A stretch of 64,000 bases of DNA, taken from Fistulifera solaris. Its lineage: Eukaryota. How positions within the stretch are numbered: the first letter of the stretch is position 1; each line of letters starts with the position of its first letter. Below, piece by piece: positions 13,623 to 26,400 of the stretch. The translations under genes and the position numbers were made by a program. A model generated the notes under the pieces. That model was given only the letters and a program-made list of their open reading frames with translations, was not told the DNA's origin and ran no database searches. Where the stretch lies: assembly GCA_030295235.1 (NCBI GenBank), contig AP026131.1:248001-312000 (forward strand), written 5' to 3'.

Positions 13623-14385
13623 ACTGTTATTTCTTGTTGCTGCTTATCTTACGGGCGGGGTATATTATGGTGTGCGAGCCTGAATTATTTTAACGGAGTG
13701 GTCATTCAATCGCATCGCGTTTTTTTTTTTGCGGTGGTGGCTGTGCCGTGTCACGCATTGCGTGCACGCAAATAATAAAGACAATTGTCACACCGCGTAA
13801 TCGCATGTGGTTCAAAGTGTATGCGACCTTTTTCACGACTCCATTGCCCTCTTTAATCACGAATGGTTTTCGGCTCTTTGACACGAAGTTCCGCTGCAAA
13901 AATAGCAGCAACCCTGTTAAGATCAAAACATATTGTCGTAGTTAAAGACGTTCCTTAGGTGTACGTTACTCAGCGTTTCATTCCTCGATTTTTTACGTAG
14001 CAATAGGATCGAAACCGTTCGCAAGTTACTTTACTATAGCCTCAAAGTGTAAGTTTAGGAGACCAAGAGATGGAATTCTGGACCAGGTGTATTTTATTCA
14101 TACAGAAAATCTGGGTTGCTACCGCTGTGCTGCAAGCGGAACGTCAACCCAATGCTGTCGTACCGATACTATGAATATAGGTTAAAGAGTTGTTTACGCC
14201 ATCCAGACTACTTCTTGTGAGATAGTTAAAAGCACACCATCATTGGGAAAATAAATAGCACCGTTGACAAAAAGACCTCGTCGTCGTCTTCACAACCATA
14301 ATAATTACAACATCATCATTGCTAATTGCTACCATTATCGTAGTTCTTCCTCTGATTCTTCCTATTACATACAAAACGGAACAGG

Positions 14386-16474
14386 TTGCTCAACGCTGTA
14401 CGAAAGATGCGACAAAACACGTATCAAGCGCGATCGAAGCTCGTCTTAAAAACAGCCCGCCCATGGATGCTGCTGGCCACGGTATCCGTGTTGCTCGCGG
14501 GTGTTTCTGTCGTTCCGTCCACCCAATCGTCGCGAAGACGAAGACTGGATGAGTGGGACTGGAGTTTCTTGTCAGAATCGGAGCAACAGCAAAAGAATCT
14601 CCCAGCAAAGCAGCAAATGACAGAGACGATGACTGGAATTTTATAGAGGAAAATCCGAGGAACGAAGTATCTCCATCCAACAATTTAACCGATGACTGGG
14701 ATACACCGAATACACCCGCAAAGGCCATTACGACGGATGATGACGACGATTGGAATGTTGTGACGGAAAGTAGCACCAGCAACTCCGCAAATCAACAACC
14801 AGCAGCACTCGGCGAAGATGAATGGGGATTTGCGGAGATAACGCAGTCTACTTCACGCGAGAAACAGACATCTGGAGAAGTGGAAGTCAATGACGACGAC
14901 TGGAATATTGTGGGACAGGAGAAAGCTCCTTCACCACCCATCGTGACTCAAACAGTTACTAGGCCGAAAGGAATTACGGACGACGATGAAGGCGAATGGT
15001 TTTTAATAAATGACGCCACTCAAAAGTCCTACAATACGAAACCGTCATCGGAACACGCACATAGCAGCAATAGTCACAAGCATCATCATTCCGTGTTCAC
15101 AGAAGAGCACAAGGACTTGTTTCCGTTCAACTGGGCCGACTTTTGGGGCTTTGCCTTGGCAACAATAGGATTACTCTTGGCTGCCGGCGGTGGCATTGGT
15201 GGTGGAGGTATACTGGTCCCAATCTACTGTCTAGTTCTTGATTTCAGTCCGAAGCATGCGATTCCTTTATCTAATATTACGGTTTTGGGAGGTGCATTGG
15301 CAAACACAATTCTAAATGCATCGAAGCGTCATCCGACGGCAGATCGACCACTGATCGATTGGGATATGATTTTAGTGATGGAACCTTTGACGATAGCCGG
15401 AGCTTTGATGGGTGCACTGATCAACAAAGTTCTTCCGGAACTACTCTTGGCGGTTCTCCTTGTGCTGCTGCTGGCAATAACTGCGCAGAATACACTGTCT
15501 AAAAGCCATTCAGTTGTATCGGAAAGAAACGGCCCAAATGAATCATGAGTCTGAGCTTACCAAACTGGTGGAAGACCAGCAGCGCAATGACGACGACGGG
15601 GATGAAGAAGTTGATGACGAGAACAAGGACGCAAAAGGTGATGAACCGGACGAATCTCAGATGGTCACAGTCATGTCAAAGGAACACGAAGAACTACAAG
15701 CTATATTGGAGTACGAACGTCACCATTCTCAACACAACATTATACTTCTGGTGGTCATGTTCATTGTCGTATTGATCATCAACGTGTCGAAGGGTGGAGG
15801 TGCTTTCAAATCACCACTGGGCATCACCTGTGGCTCGTCGGCGTTCTGGATGTCAAACTTTCTTTTGCTAGCGTGGATTCTCGCGATTTCAATACATGCT
15901 CGCGTCGTCCTACTGCACAAATATGAGCGGAAAGCGGCCTGTAATTATGTTTACCAGCCGGGTGATATCGTATGGGACGAGCGCGCCACAGTCGTTTATC
16001 CAATCATTTGTACGTTTGCCGGTTTCTTTGCTGGAATGTTTGGGGTTGGTAAGTCCATGAAATATTTGTTAAGATTTCTTTCGATCGACTTTACTAACCA
16101 ATGCGACCTTAGGCGGAGGAATTGTCAAAGGGCCGCTCATGCTTGCCATGGGGATACACCCGGCTGTCAGCTCTGCAAGTACCGCCTGCATGATCCTTTT
16201 TACTTCATTTACAGCGACAACGTCTTTCGTCGTGTTCGGCTTGCTTGTGTATGACTATGCTATCATTTGTTTCGTTATCGGGTTCCTTGCGACTCTCGTT
16301 GGTCAAATTGCTTTGACTTATGTCATGAAACGAGCAGGACGCAATTCATACATCGCCTTCTCCATCGGAGGCGTGGTGCTGATATCCGCTATACTCATGA
16401 CCATCCAGTCACTGCTTAGTATCGCTGAGGGTGAAAAGCACCATGCAGGGGGCATTTGCGGCAAGGGCGATTAG
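14386..16474 (+). CDS. TauE/SafE (sulfite exporter-like) membrane protein with acidic N-terminal extension; intron 16049..16112; frameshifts near 14600 and 15505
   Basis: AAGGGIGGGGILVP, RHPTADRPLIDWD, AGMFGVGGGIVKGPLM, SASTACMILFTS motifs of the eukaryotic TauE family; start codon uncertain. Confidence 0.88.
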
Positions 16475-16890
16475 GTAATTGAAAGACGAAGTAAGAATGG
16501 ATCCATTTGCACATGTCAAACGAGTAGAATACGTTTCCTTTTGGATCCATTTATACGTTAATTTTGATGAATGAAGAAAAGTATAGACTCGGTAAATCAG
16601 TGCTAGCTTGCTCTTCTTCGCATTCTGGCTCACTAGAGCTTAAGATCACAACGAAACCTTACCTGTTAGTTAGCGTTCTTGAAAAGCTAGCAAACCGTTA
16701 AGACATTGACGATGTCATTTTACTATAAAGGTGAAGTACACACCAAAACTTCAAAAAAAACGGTGGAAGGTTGAAGTGAGCTTTTTTTTGATGCCATCAC
16801 AAAACGGAACGGATTTTCAATTTCTGCCATTGGCCATTGCGGACAACTGATCATCTTTGACCGGTCTTGCTGTCACTTTATTGAATCATT

Positions 16891-17914
16891 ATGCAAATAA
16901 AACTCAGTTTAGTTTGTGCGGCCATCATAGTCTCGAACGCGCAGGCGTTTAGCGGTGTACTTTTTCAGAAAGCCCCGACGCTTCAGCGCACAGCCCCGTC
17001 AAAGAAAGACGGGGTTGACATTCAGCTTCCGGATTTCGAGGAGCTTTTCAACCGTATCAGTCAAGTTTCTCCATTAGCTCGCCGTGTCATAGAATCTCAT
17101 AATGCTATTTCCAATAGCCATGAAGTCTTCGATGGTAAGCTTGAATTCCGTGTAAAAATGTTGATCCAACGTCGACAAACGTCTCACGCTATGTGTCACA
17201 GCTAATGATTTGCAATGGTCAACAATCGAATCACATCCGCGTCGTTTAGTCAATCATATAGAAAAGATAGACAATTTTGATGGAAAAGGTGCGCCAATTC
17301 TTCGTTTTCGGTCATCCATGGAGGGTCCGTGCGTCGGGGAATATTTTGCCGATTTCATCATGACGTTAGACCGTCGAGCGTTGTGGGATCCCCAAATCGA
17401 TGAAGTGTATGAAATCTATCCTATCCATGATTTAGATGCTGCGAACATCGCCATGAATTTTGGAAGATATGGTGATTGCTCGCGACTTGGAATTGGGTAT
17501 TGTCGGACAAAAGCGAATATTGTTTCTGCTCGCGAGCAGCTTACACTGTGCGGTATCCAGGATTTCGAGGACGGCTCATGCATCATTTGGGGGACTGAGA
17601 TGGAAGACTGGCACGATCATATGCTACCTCCAGGAAAGCGGGTGACGAGAGCTAAATCGCATATATTCTCCACGACATTGACTCCAACAGGTGCGAACAG
17701 CTTCGATGTCGAATACGTTCTTCAGCTGAACATTGGAGGGAAGATTCCTAGCTGGATGACGGCGCCCATTGTGACTGATACGGTGAAAAGCTTGTTCAAA
17801 ACGGCTGACCAGTACTTTCGTGGAAAAGACGGTCACCTCGCCGACTTCATAAAGCAAAAACAAATGGAAAGCGACAGTCTGATCAAACGCCATAGTTTAC
17901 TAATGACACCATAA
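16891..17914 (+). CDS. START/SRPBCC-like lipid-binding protein, paralogue A, probably plastid-targeted; intron 17135..17201
   Basis: Signal peptide ending AQA-F; R..WD, SAREQ and NIGGKIPSW are START-like; exons join in frame. Confidence 0.75.
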
Positions 17915-18025
17915 AAACTAAGCTATCATGCTATGAAACAGCATCCAACATCGTTAATAATGCAACGGAGGAACTGATACAATTCCAAAACCGAATAATC
18001 ATTTTTTCCGGAGAAATGCGAACTA

Positions 18026-21000
18026 CTAGTGCCTCGTTATTTTTTCAGCCCACCACTGATCAGCCCATAGAGGCTATAAATTTGCTACACTAAAACCTAT
18101 ACTGCGGAGTTTTTTGACCCCCCTGCCGAACAGCTTTTGTACATTATAGATATATAGTGCTCAGTTTTTATTTTAAAATCAAGTACAATAAAATGCATTG
18201 TAAATATGATTAAATGTCTTTCAGGCACTGATGAAGTTCTTCACACCGGCGCAAAATTTTGACATTACGCATCATCGTCTCCCACGATTTCTGCCATGAG
18301 CTGAAAGTCTTGAGACAAGCCGTAGTCAACGCTGCTGTCATCGCTGTCATTGCTATCACTGCGGTCGACATGTGCGGCGTTGTCGTCGGCACTTTCCAAA
18401 GAATCTGGCTGCGCGGAATCAGCATCTTCTGCGTCTTGTTCGGTCGCAGTATCTTCGGGCGTCGTCGAGAGCTGGCTGTGCTTCTTCGTCAGAAGAAGCA
18501 GTTAGATCAATGACGACTCCACGATCTGTAGGAACGTTGTTACGAATACGTCCTGGGACAACTACAATGTTCCACTGATCACCCGCGAGACGAGTGAGGA
18601 CAAAAATATCCCCATGGATAGGAGAGGAAACAAACTCCTCGATATTAGCCAAAACGCATCAACATGGTTCACGTGGAGTTTGAGATTTGACGTGTGTTTT
18701 TTGTGAGCCTGATCTTCGTGTCTCCTATTTTCAGGTGAAAGTTGAGGCGGTAAGTTGTCGAATTAAAAACGTTCTGGTGGGTAATGCGGAAGCGGCTTAA
18801 GTATGTCGTTGACTGCCACGCATTCGACGAACATGGGATCCAACGGTTCCTTCTTAATACAGCTTCGCCAATCGTGGGAATGCAAAGTAGCTGGCTGCCG
18901 TGGGACTCGGCAGGTTCTTTGCAGAGTTCCAGAATCGTGAAATTATCAACTCTTGACCTCACTCGACAACATACAGCTCTATTCATTTTGTGACCATGGC
19001 TGTTAGCAACGAGTTCGTGGTGCATTTAAGCTCAGCGAGGACGCGCTGATGAAAGGGGAGTAGACTACAATATTGTATTCTTCGCACTAGTTACTGTGGG
19101 CAACAGAACGATTTCAGTTTATGAGAGAGACAATTACTTGGAAGCTCGAGGACGCTGGTGCTCCTGCTAAGCCGGCACTTCAGATCCATTTCTCGGACAT
19201 TACCGTGCTCAAAGCAAAGGAACGGATTGAAGTGAGCATGGTAATCATGTCGGAAGCAGGATTCGAATCTATGGCACGTTTGATCGGGGGTCATAAGGAG
19301 CGCATCACCTTCAAATTGGACAGTGCCATCTTCACCCAATTTATGGCTCATCTGGAGTCGATCGAAAGCATTCGCGGAAAGGTAGTCCGTCACGGAACAC
19401 GACTTGCTTAGTTAATCACTACTCATTAGGAAACGTACTATAGGATGAAACTATGCTTCCTAATCAATGTATTATTTCATGTATTACCTAACTTACTTAG
19501 AAACTAGATTCATTTCCGCCAATCCTTTCGCAAAAGCAGCTACCTTAAACTCCTTGTTCTCGCCGAAGCTCTTTGACATGGTGCGTGATTGCACGGAAGG
19601 CGTCGATGGCGGTCATGCCAATCAAGGTACAGTTATTTCGAAACCAAGGATTTTGTGTCAGCCAATACTTTTCCAACCCCAAGCGATGCTGATGACAGTG
19701 ATTGTGAGAGTCGATTGCATCGGAGTCTGCAAAGTACTCGGAAAGGACAGCAGGACGCTTGATGCGGCGCTCTTTTACATTACCGTACGTGTCATTGAAT
19801 CTCGCTACGTATGGCTTTGGGCCAGGTGAAGTTTGACCTGCATTCCTCGTCATGACAAAACAAAGGGTGGTCTTCGAATTGAACTTGTAACCCACTGCAA
19901 CTAATTGGATATTTGTCTCTGGCGTGCAGCATTGCATCACGAGATGAGACCCACTGGGGTAATGCTTCATCCGGGATCGGAGCTCTTTCTTGGGAAAGCG
20001 ACCACTATTCGCCCTTGACCGACCCAATGAACTCGTGACCGTTCGGGTTCTCACCTCGACTTCTGTCTATCTTGTAGTTGCCGTTGCCATCAGGCCATAG
20101 AAGCTTGACACATTCAGCAGTTTTGGAACTGCCGAACCATGAATTGCCAGTCGCGAAGGTAGCGACGACCTTGGTCCAAAGCAGCACTCCTTTCTCCGTG
20201 AGATCCCGCACCGCAGTAGACAGACCCTAAAATGAGTCTTATGGCGCAGGCTGCATTTGTTCTGATCAATTGCGAGAACTCGGCTTTTCGCATGGGCTCT
20301 TTACCGCGCTGCACTTCCTGAAACAAAATCATCTTCGTCTTGGGACAAATCGCGTTCTGTAAAAGTGTGTGAGTCAATTATAAACAGGTCTTCCAATTTA
20401 AGCATATCACTAACCTTGTACTCAACACCAAGCGGCTTAGGCTTTCGTGAAGATGAATTGCAAATGCGGTAGCGAGGAGGTCTTTGTAGTGCGGGGCTTA
20501 AACGGACTCATTGATTCATCCAAAACGATTTTCGAACTGCTGGCAACAGTTCTTTTGCGATTCTCGTTGTAGCCGTTAAGAAGACCCAAAATGGGATGCC
20601 ATGGATCATCAGTTTGCTCGTTATCGTAGAAAGCATAGCAAACATTCGCTGAAATTGTAAAGAACCGCGACTTGCTCATGAACCCAAGGCCCTCTGTGCC
20701 AAAGTTGATTGTGGAGAACATGAAATCAAGATCACTTTGCTCGAACAACTTTGCCCCACCTTTCTGACAAGGGCATGCGGCAAAGATGATGCCCCAAAAG
20801 ACCCACCATTCCTTGCAAGTCAGCAAGCGCACTTTCTCTTTATGCTCGCCGAGATACGGCGTTCAGACTCTCTAGTTGCTTTCGCCAGTCACCTGTGAAT
20901 GACCGTGTCAGGTAATTGTGCACTATGTGATCAAGCCAACGACATTGTAATCTTACCTGGCCACAGATGCTGCAGGAGCCTGAGGAACGGGAAATCGTAG

Positions 21001-22547
21001 CTCTTAGTTTTGGTGTCGAGCTTCTCTTTTTTAAAGGCGGAAAAATCAAAGTCAAGCACACCAGATTGCCGAAATGGCAAGACTGGATTGATGGGATAGA
21101 CGTCGTCGGTGTAGACCCATTCGAAGACACGTTCGTCTTTGATCAAGATTAGCTCTGTCGACTTCACAAATTTCACTGCTTCGTCTTCGTGATTGAACCT
21201 CCCAGCATACTGTAGTCGTGCTCTTCATCCCTATTGTCAGCAACGACAAAACCGATTCGTCTCGGAGCTCTGCGCTGCTGAACTTGACTTCCAACATCAA
21301 TTCCTTGGTTCCTTGGGGGCTTACATTTAAATGGTACCCATCTTGATCAAAGCAGCTTTCTCCAATTCGACGCTCCCACTTCGGCTCTGTGCTTTTCATC
21401 GCCCTTGAGCTCTTCGATCATCGCTCTGTAGTTCAAATCCATATCTCCATCTTCATCGTCGTCATCGCCGTTGTCTCTCGGACGGTACACTCCAAGATCC
21501 TCCTCAAATTCAAGATCTGGATCGCCTTCCTCTTCGGATTCATCGTCACTAAGATCTTCGTACTCGCTGCCAGACGACTTCGTCATCGTTGGCTGCCGCT
21601 CCATTCGCGACATTTTGATCCTGCCCAATCACGCCCATCCGACAACTCATCTGAATTCTGCGATTCTGTCTCACTGAAGCCGCCATCATCACCGTCTTCA
21701 TCTCCGTCATCCAAGCCCAAGCCCGCCTTTGCCGATGTTGTGCTGGAACCATTTCCATTTTCATTTGACTCTAAGGAAGGTGCAGACTTCGTCATTGAGG
21801 GTCAAGAGAAGAGGTTGGTCTGCTTCTTCTGGTTCAGCCTCCGCGTCGTAGTCTTCCACCATAGGATGATGCTCTTGATCTCTGACCCTTTTTAGCCCAG
21901 TCGATGCAACTTCAGATCGAATGCCATTTGTCTTGCCGGACGGATCAACAAACTCAATGATCCATTTGTGCTTTTTCGTGGAATCAATAATGACAACCGG
22001 GTGGAGGATTATGCTTTCTTCTCAAGAAGCAAGGGTAGCCTTTCCCAAATGCTTCTTCCAACGCTGAACGAGGTAACTTCTTCATGATGACTTCTCCGTT
22101 CAATGACAGTGGCAAGCAAATGCGTTTCGCAAAACCCAACGAAATTATGGCCAGTGCACGGCATGCATTTGCAAGCTCGACAACTCATCTTCGCTCCAAT
22201 AAGATGTTCAAGCACCATTGTTGCCATGTGTAAATCTAAACAAGTTCACTCAGAGGTTGTATTGATAGAAAGACCGTTGGCGTCCGAAGTTTCTTCATGT
22301 TTCTTGTTGTCGAAGTTTCATTCGAGTCGACCGCCCGAGCTATTTCGAGTCGAACGGAAAATGAAAATAAGAAAACGGTCATGTTTGTGATCTCACGTTG
22401 AAAAATGCGACGTTAAGTACTGGGCTGATTAATTAGCCCTCGTGGTCTGTTGACCGGTATTTTTAGCCCGTTGGGGTGAAAATAGTACTGAGAACGACGG
22501 TTAGCCCCGTTAGACCGTTGTGTACTATAAAAATAACAAGGCACTAG
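18026..22547 (-). mobile_element. Decayed piggyBac-like DNA transposon with 19-bp terminal inverted repeats
   Basis: ctagtgcctcgttattttt (18026..18044) versus aaaaataacaaggcactag (22529..22547), one mismatch; internal transposase fragments. Confidence 0.82.
19500..22227 (-). pseudogene. piggyBac-type (DDE_Tnp_1_7) transposase, fragmented; introns 20357..20414 and 20893..20956
   Basis: IVLDESMSPF..LPHL..LGVEYK, TGNSWFGS, FIGSVK, YF..SDAIDSHNHCHQ..LGLEKYW.T..WFR; acidic N-terminal region; several frameshifts. Confidence 0.85.
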
Positions 22548-22636
22548 GTAAGGGTTGTTTATTAACCTTAGTGTTGATTTCTATCGGTATCCGCCGGAAA
22601 CTATAGACTAGCTAAAAGAGCTTTCCTGGAAAGGAT

Positions 22637-22699
22637 GTTAAAATTCTGCCTTTCAGTACAAATTTCTACGTAGAGCCTACGGCGAGGCAGAATTTTAAC
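22637..22699. repeat. Hairpin (inverted-repeat) element, copy 1
   Basis: gttaaaattctgcct ... aggcagaattttaac; reverse-complement homologue at 33630..33698. Confidence 0.85.
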
Positions 22700-23089
22700 G
22701 TCGTTTCCTCTTTTCAATCTTATAAGATTCAATACGTGGCGCTGCTGATAAGAGCAGCTGTTGACATTTTCTTTGGAATAAAGCAATCAGAAAAGTTGCT
22801 ATGACGTAATCCTCCTCAAAAGAATACTATCAACAAAAGAGAACCATCAAGGTGCGCATTCCTACTCTTTGAATGCCGCGGAAGAAGACACTAATGCGAA
22901 AAGTACTTTTAGAACACGTAGTGCAACTTTGACGTTCTTCATCATCGTCATGCTCGACCACCTCCGACCTCCGATCTCGTCGGTTTTCACGATCGATCCG
23001 ACAAAAGAAATAATGCGCATTGCTCACATAATAATTTGCTTACCATCATTCCTTTCACTCATTTAGAGAATTCGAAGGTAGAAGTCACG

Positions 23090-24104
23090 ATGGTTCTCGC
23101 AAAGCTTTTTATTGCAGCATCAATCTGCATGACCGTGTCCTCTTTCGCTCCAACTCGTGTTCCGAAAACATCTCCTTCGAGGGTGCTAAGTTCTCGCGAG
23201 AATGTTTTCGACGCTGTGGAACTACCTGATTTCGATTGTGTTTTCGAGAAGATTCAACAATTGTCACCTCTGGCTCGATCGATCATTAATACTGAATCAG
23301 CATCTGTGCCGACCGACGGTAAGTCTTTTTTGCAGGTCTATTCTTCTGAGGTGCACTCGAACTCACTTTCGATAATCTTTTTCACTCCCTCTAGATCCGA
23401 AACTGAGATGGAAAACCTTAGAGTCAAACGAAAATAAACCTGTTCAACAAATACAGAAACTTGATTGCTTTGGAGGTTTCTCTACGCCCGTCTTCCGCTT
23501 CCGATCCAAATTGGAAGGTCCATGCATTGGAGAATTTTTCGGGCGTTATATTATCGACTTGGGCGAGAGGCGGAAATGGGATGCACAGATTGAAAAAGTT
23601 CATGAGTTGCATATCGTAGAAGATTTGGAAAGGGTAAACGAGCGCATGGGTGGCGGTCGATATGGTCAGTGTTCGCGATTGGGAATTGGATACGGTCAAA
23701 CGAAGGCGTCAATCATCACGGCTCGTGAACAATTGTTTATGTACGGGCTACAACAATTCAAAGATGGATCGTCTCTCATTTGGGGTAAAGAAATGTCAGA
23801 CGAGTACAATCATCTCCTTCCTCCTGGAAAACGCCATATTCGGTCAAAGTCGCATCTTTTCTCGGCAACCTTAAAACCCTCCGACAACAACAGTTTTGAT
23901 GTCGAGTATGTGCTGCAATTGGATATTGGTGGGTCGATACCCAACTTTTTGACCACACCAGTTCTCATTGATACAGTGAAAAGCCTCTTTGAAACTGCGA
24001 AGCAAGAGTTTGCTGGTGCTACTGACAGCTTGCAACTTTTTCTTCAAGAAAAGATCCATGAAGAAAGTCACATTAACTGGCATGGTCTTTTGAATCCTAT
24101 GTAG
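23090..24104 (+). CDS. START/SRPBCC-like protein, paralogue B, probably plastid-targeted; intron 23319..23394
   Basis: Signal peptide ending VSS-FAP; shares LPDF..F..I.Q.SPLAR, EGPC.GE.F, RYG.CSRLGIGY, AREQL, KSHxFS and SFDVEYVLQL.IGG with paralogue A, and the intron is at an equivalent position. Confidence 0.75.
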
Positions 24105-24249
24105 AACCTGGAGGTTTATGTGGTTAAATGCCTCCTGTCAACGAAAAATATGCATAACATCGGATTACCTGGTAATGGTATAAAACAACAATGTACCAGG
24201 GTATCTTTTGAATTTTTGGAAAGTAGACGGGGGATGCTGTGTGATGTAA

Positions 24250-24370
24250 TGCACCTTGTCCAGATATTCTGGAAAATACACAGAATTTCTGTATGATGAA
24301 TTCCATTGCATCCAGAATTTCTGGAGGTACCACAGTATTTCTGTGTGCTGAAAAACACATTTTCCAGAAT
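24250..24370 (-). repeat. Short dispersed copy of the CCAGAAATTCTGG repeat family (reverse orientation)
   Basis: tccagatattctgga, acagaatttctgt, tccagaatttctgga. Confidence 0.7.
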
Positions 24371-24538
24371 ATTACTCCGTATTATTTCTTGATTCATTCT
24401 TGAACTCCTATTTCAGTCCCTGGCGTCTGGCCTCCCTCCGGTCATTTATGGCTCGCTCATAGCCGCGTGACGAGCGACGATGCTCTTTCACCCTTCCATA
24501 TTATTTTGCTCTTCATAATCTTCCGCTCTTTCATTAAA

Positions 24539-24866
24539 ATGGGTTTCTCAATATGGAATATATTCAAGGTAAATAATAAATACTGAATCCGGATATATTC
24601 TGCTGGCACCTCATCCGTTAAAACGTCTCCATCATTAAACGACGCAGGCCGGGCTGTTGTTGACGAACTCCGTCATGATTTTAAATCGCCGACGGTTTCT
24701 ATCAAAATTTGGTTTGCATGATATGCATTCTATGCAAGCTATGGGAGACAATCCGATGAAAGCGCAGGTAGTAGGTCTCTTGCATGCGGTTCAATATCTA
24801 AAAGTCCCTGTGATTGCCGCAAATATGGTCACGATTGTTTTTGAAATCATTCTGGGCGGAACATGA
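24539..24866 (+). CDS. YOS1: Yos1/IER3IP1-like ER-Golgi transport protein; intron 24569..24647
   Basis: Spliced MGFSIWNIFKAGLLLTNSVMILNRRRFLSKFG...KAQVVGLLHAVQYLKVPVIAANMVTIVFEIILG matches the Yos1 pattern. Confidence 0.85.
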
Positions 24867-25264
24867 TGATAAGGTTTTAACCTGCTTTCTCCTTTCTTTT
24901 ATAGAGTCTTAATCTAAGGCGTCCATTTATTTATTCATCCTTAAAGCAAGGAAGATCGCGAATAAGATCGGTCTAGTCTACCTCCACCCTCCACAATACG
25001 TTCTTAATAAGGTTACGGGTTCTGCTGAGCATTTTTTACCTCAAACCCTAAAAGTCGATGTGTATGCAGCGCATTTCCCCACTCGCGTCTCGCCGCTCGC
25101 CGCATCATCCACCGCCATGAGAAAGAATTTCGTTTTGTTTTTTTTATACGGAGTAGTAAATAAATTGATGGATGGTCGGCAACAAACAATCGAAGCATTG
25201 CATCTACATATATTCTTACCTGTGTTCAGCATCTCTAATACATCTATTTGTTTGAAATCACGCA

Positions 25265-26364
25265 ATGTTCTTCATACTCTTCCTCCTTGTGACTCCTCGT
25301 GCATTCTCCTTTTCCATACCCATCGGACGGCAGTTCGTCGAAAGGGACTATCTCCAGTGAAAGCTTCAAGTATTTCGACACACACCGATATTTCCATTAC
25401 ACTTCCTTCGGTTGTCAAGATAAATGATGCCTATCCATCCGCATTGCATACCATTCATGTCAAAACGGTATTGACGCCGGAGGAAACCAAGCACTGTCTA
25501 CGAATTGCGACCGACTATGCGACTTCGACGGGACGTTGGGATCGACCCGACTTTACTCGACACGCCAGTTACGCAACGTGTGACTTTTGTATTGAAGATT
25601 GTCTTCCCTTGCAGTCGTATCTGCAATCCATCCATTTCGATACGCGCATGTGGGATCTACTCCATTCGTTTTACGATATCGATCATGACGACATGTCGTA
25701 TTTGGATTTCTTTTGTGCGCATTATCGAGCCAAATCGGACGAAAATACGGAGACAATGGACCGCTTAGAAGCGCATCGTGATGGGTCGCTGCTCTCCTTC
25801 ACGTTGCTGTTGAATTCGCCGGATCAATTCGAAGGGGGTGGGACATTTTTCGAAGCGTTACGCGACGTTGAGCCGACAATGGAAAATAAGGATACTTTCC
25901 AGAAAGGCGGGGTGATTCGACCGCAGCAAGCTGGTGATGCGGTTATACATTGTGGAAAGATACTTCATGGAGCGGATGTAGTCACCAAAGGTCAACGGAC
26001 TGTGCTGGTTGGCTTTGTCGATGTAAGTGAATGGCGACAACGTCCTGGGGCACTGTCAACGGCATGCCGAGATTGGGGTCGCATGGATGTAGCTAAACGT
26101 CGTCTAGAACGACAAAAACAAAAAGGAGGCCGTGGGTGGTTTTTGAATCATCAAAAATGGCTTCCAAAAGTAGATGGAAATACGCATTCTATAATACAGG
26201 GCTACACTCCAGCATTTCGATCGGTAGAGCGCCGGGGAAACGAAGATTTTCAACGACGAAAACGACTGGAGGCTGAAGATGCTCTTCTTCGAACGATATT
26301 AATGGATCGAGATGAGGCAGAAAAATCATTTGATATATTTGATGGAGATGTGACGATTCTGTAA
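25265..26364 (+). CDS. 2-oxoglutarate/Fe(II)-dependent oxygenase (prolyl/lysyl hydroxylase-like)
   Basis: LEAHRDGSLLSFTLLLN..FEGGGTFF, HGADVVTKGQRTVLVGF (HxD...H...R); start uncertain. Confidence 0.88.
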
Positions 26365-26400
26365 ACAAAAAATATGAATCGAATGCTTAAATGATGTTGT

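Noticed and set aside
12007..13775. Long alternative-frame and antisense ORFs over CWC21
   Set aside because: By-products of low-complexity RS/S-rich coding sequence and one frameshift.
22637..22699. TTAA target-site duplication around the hairpin element (piggyBac MITE)
   Set aside because: Homology between the two copies extends beyond both TTAA words, so they are internal to the element.
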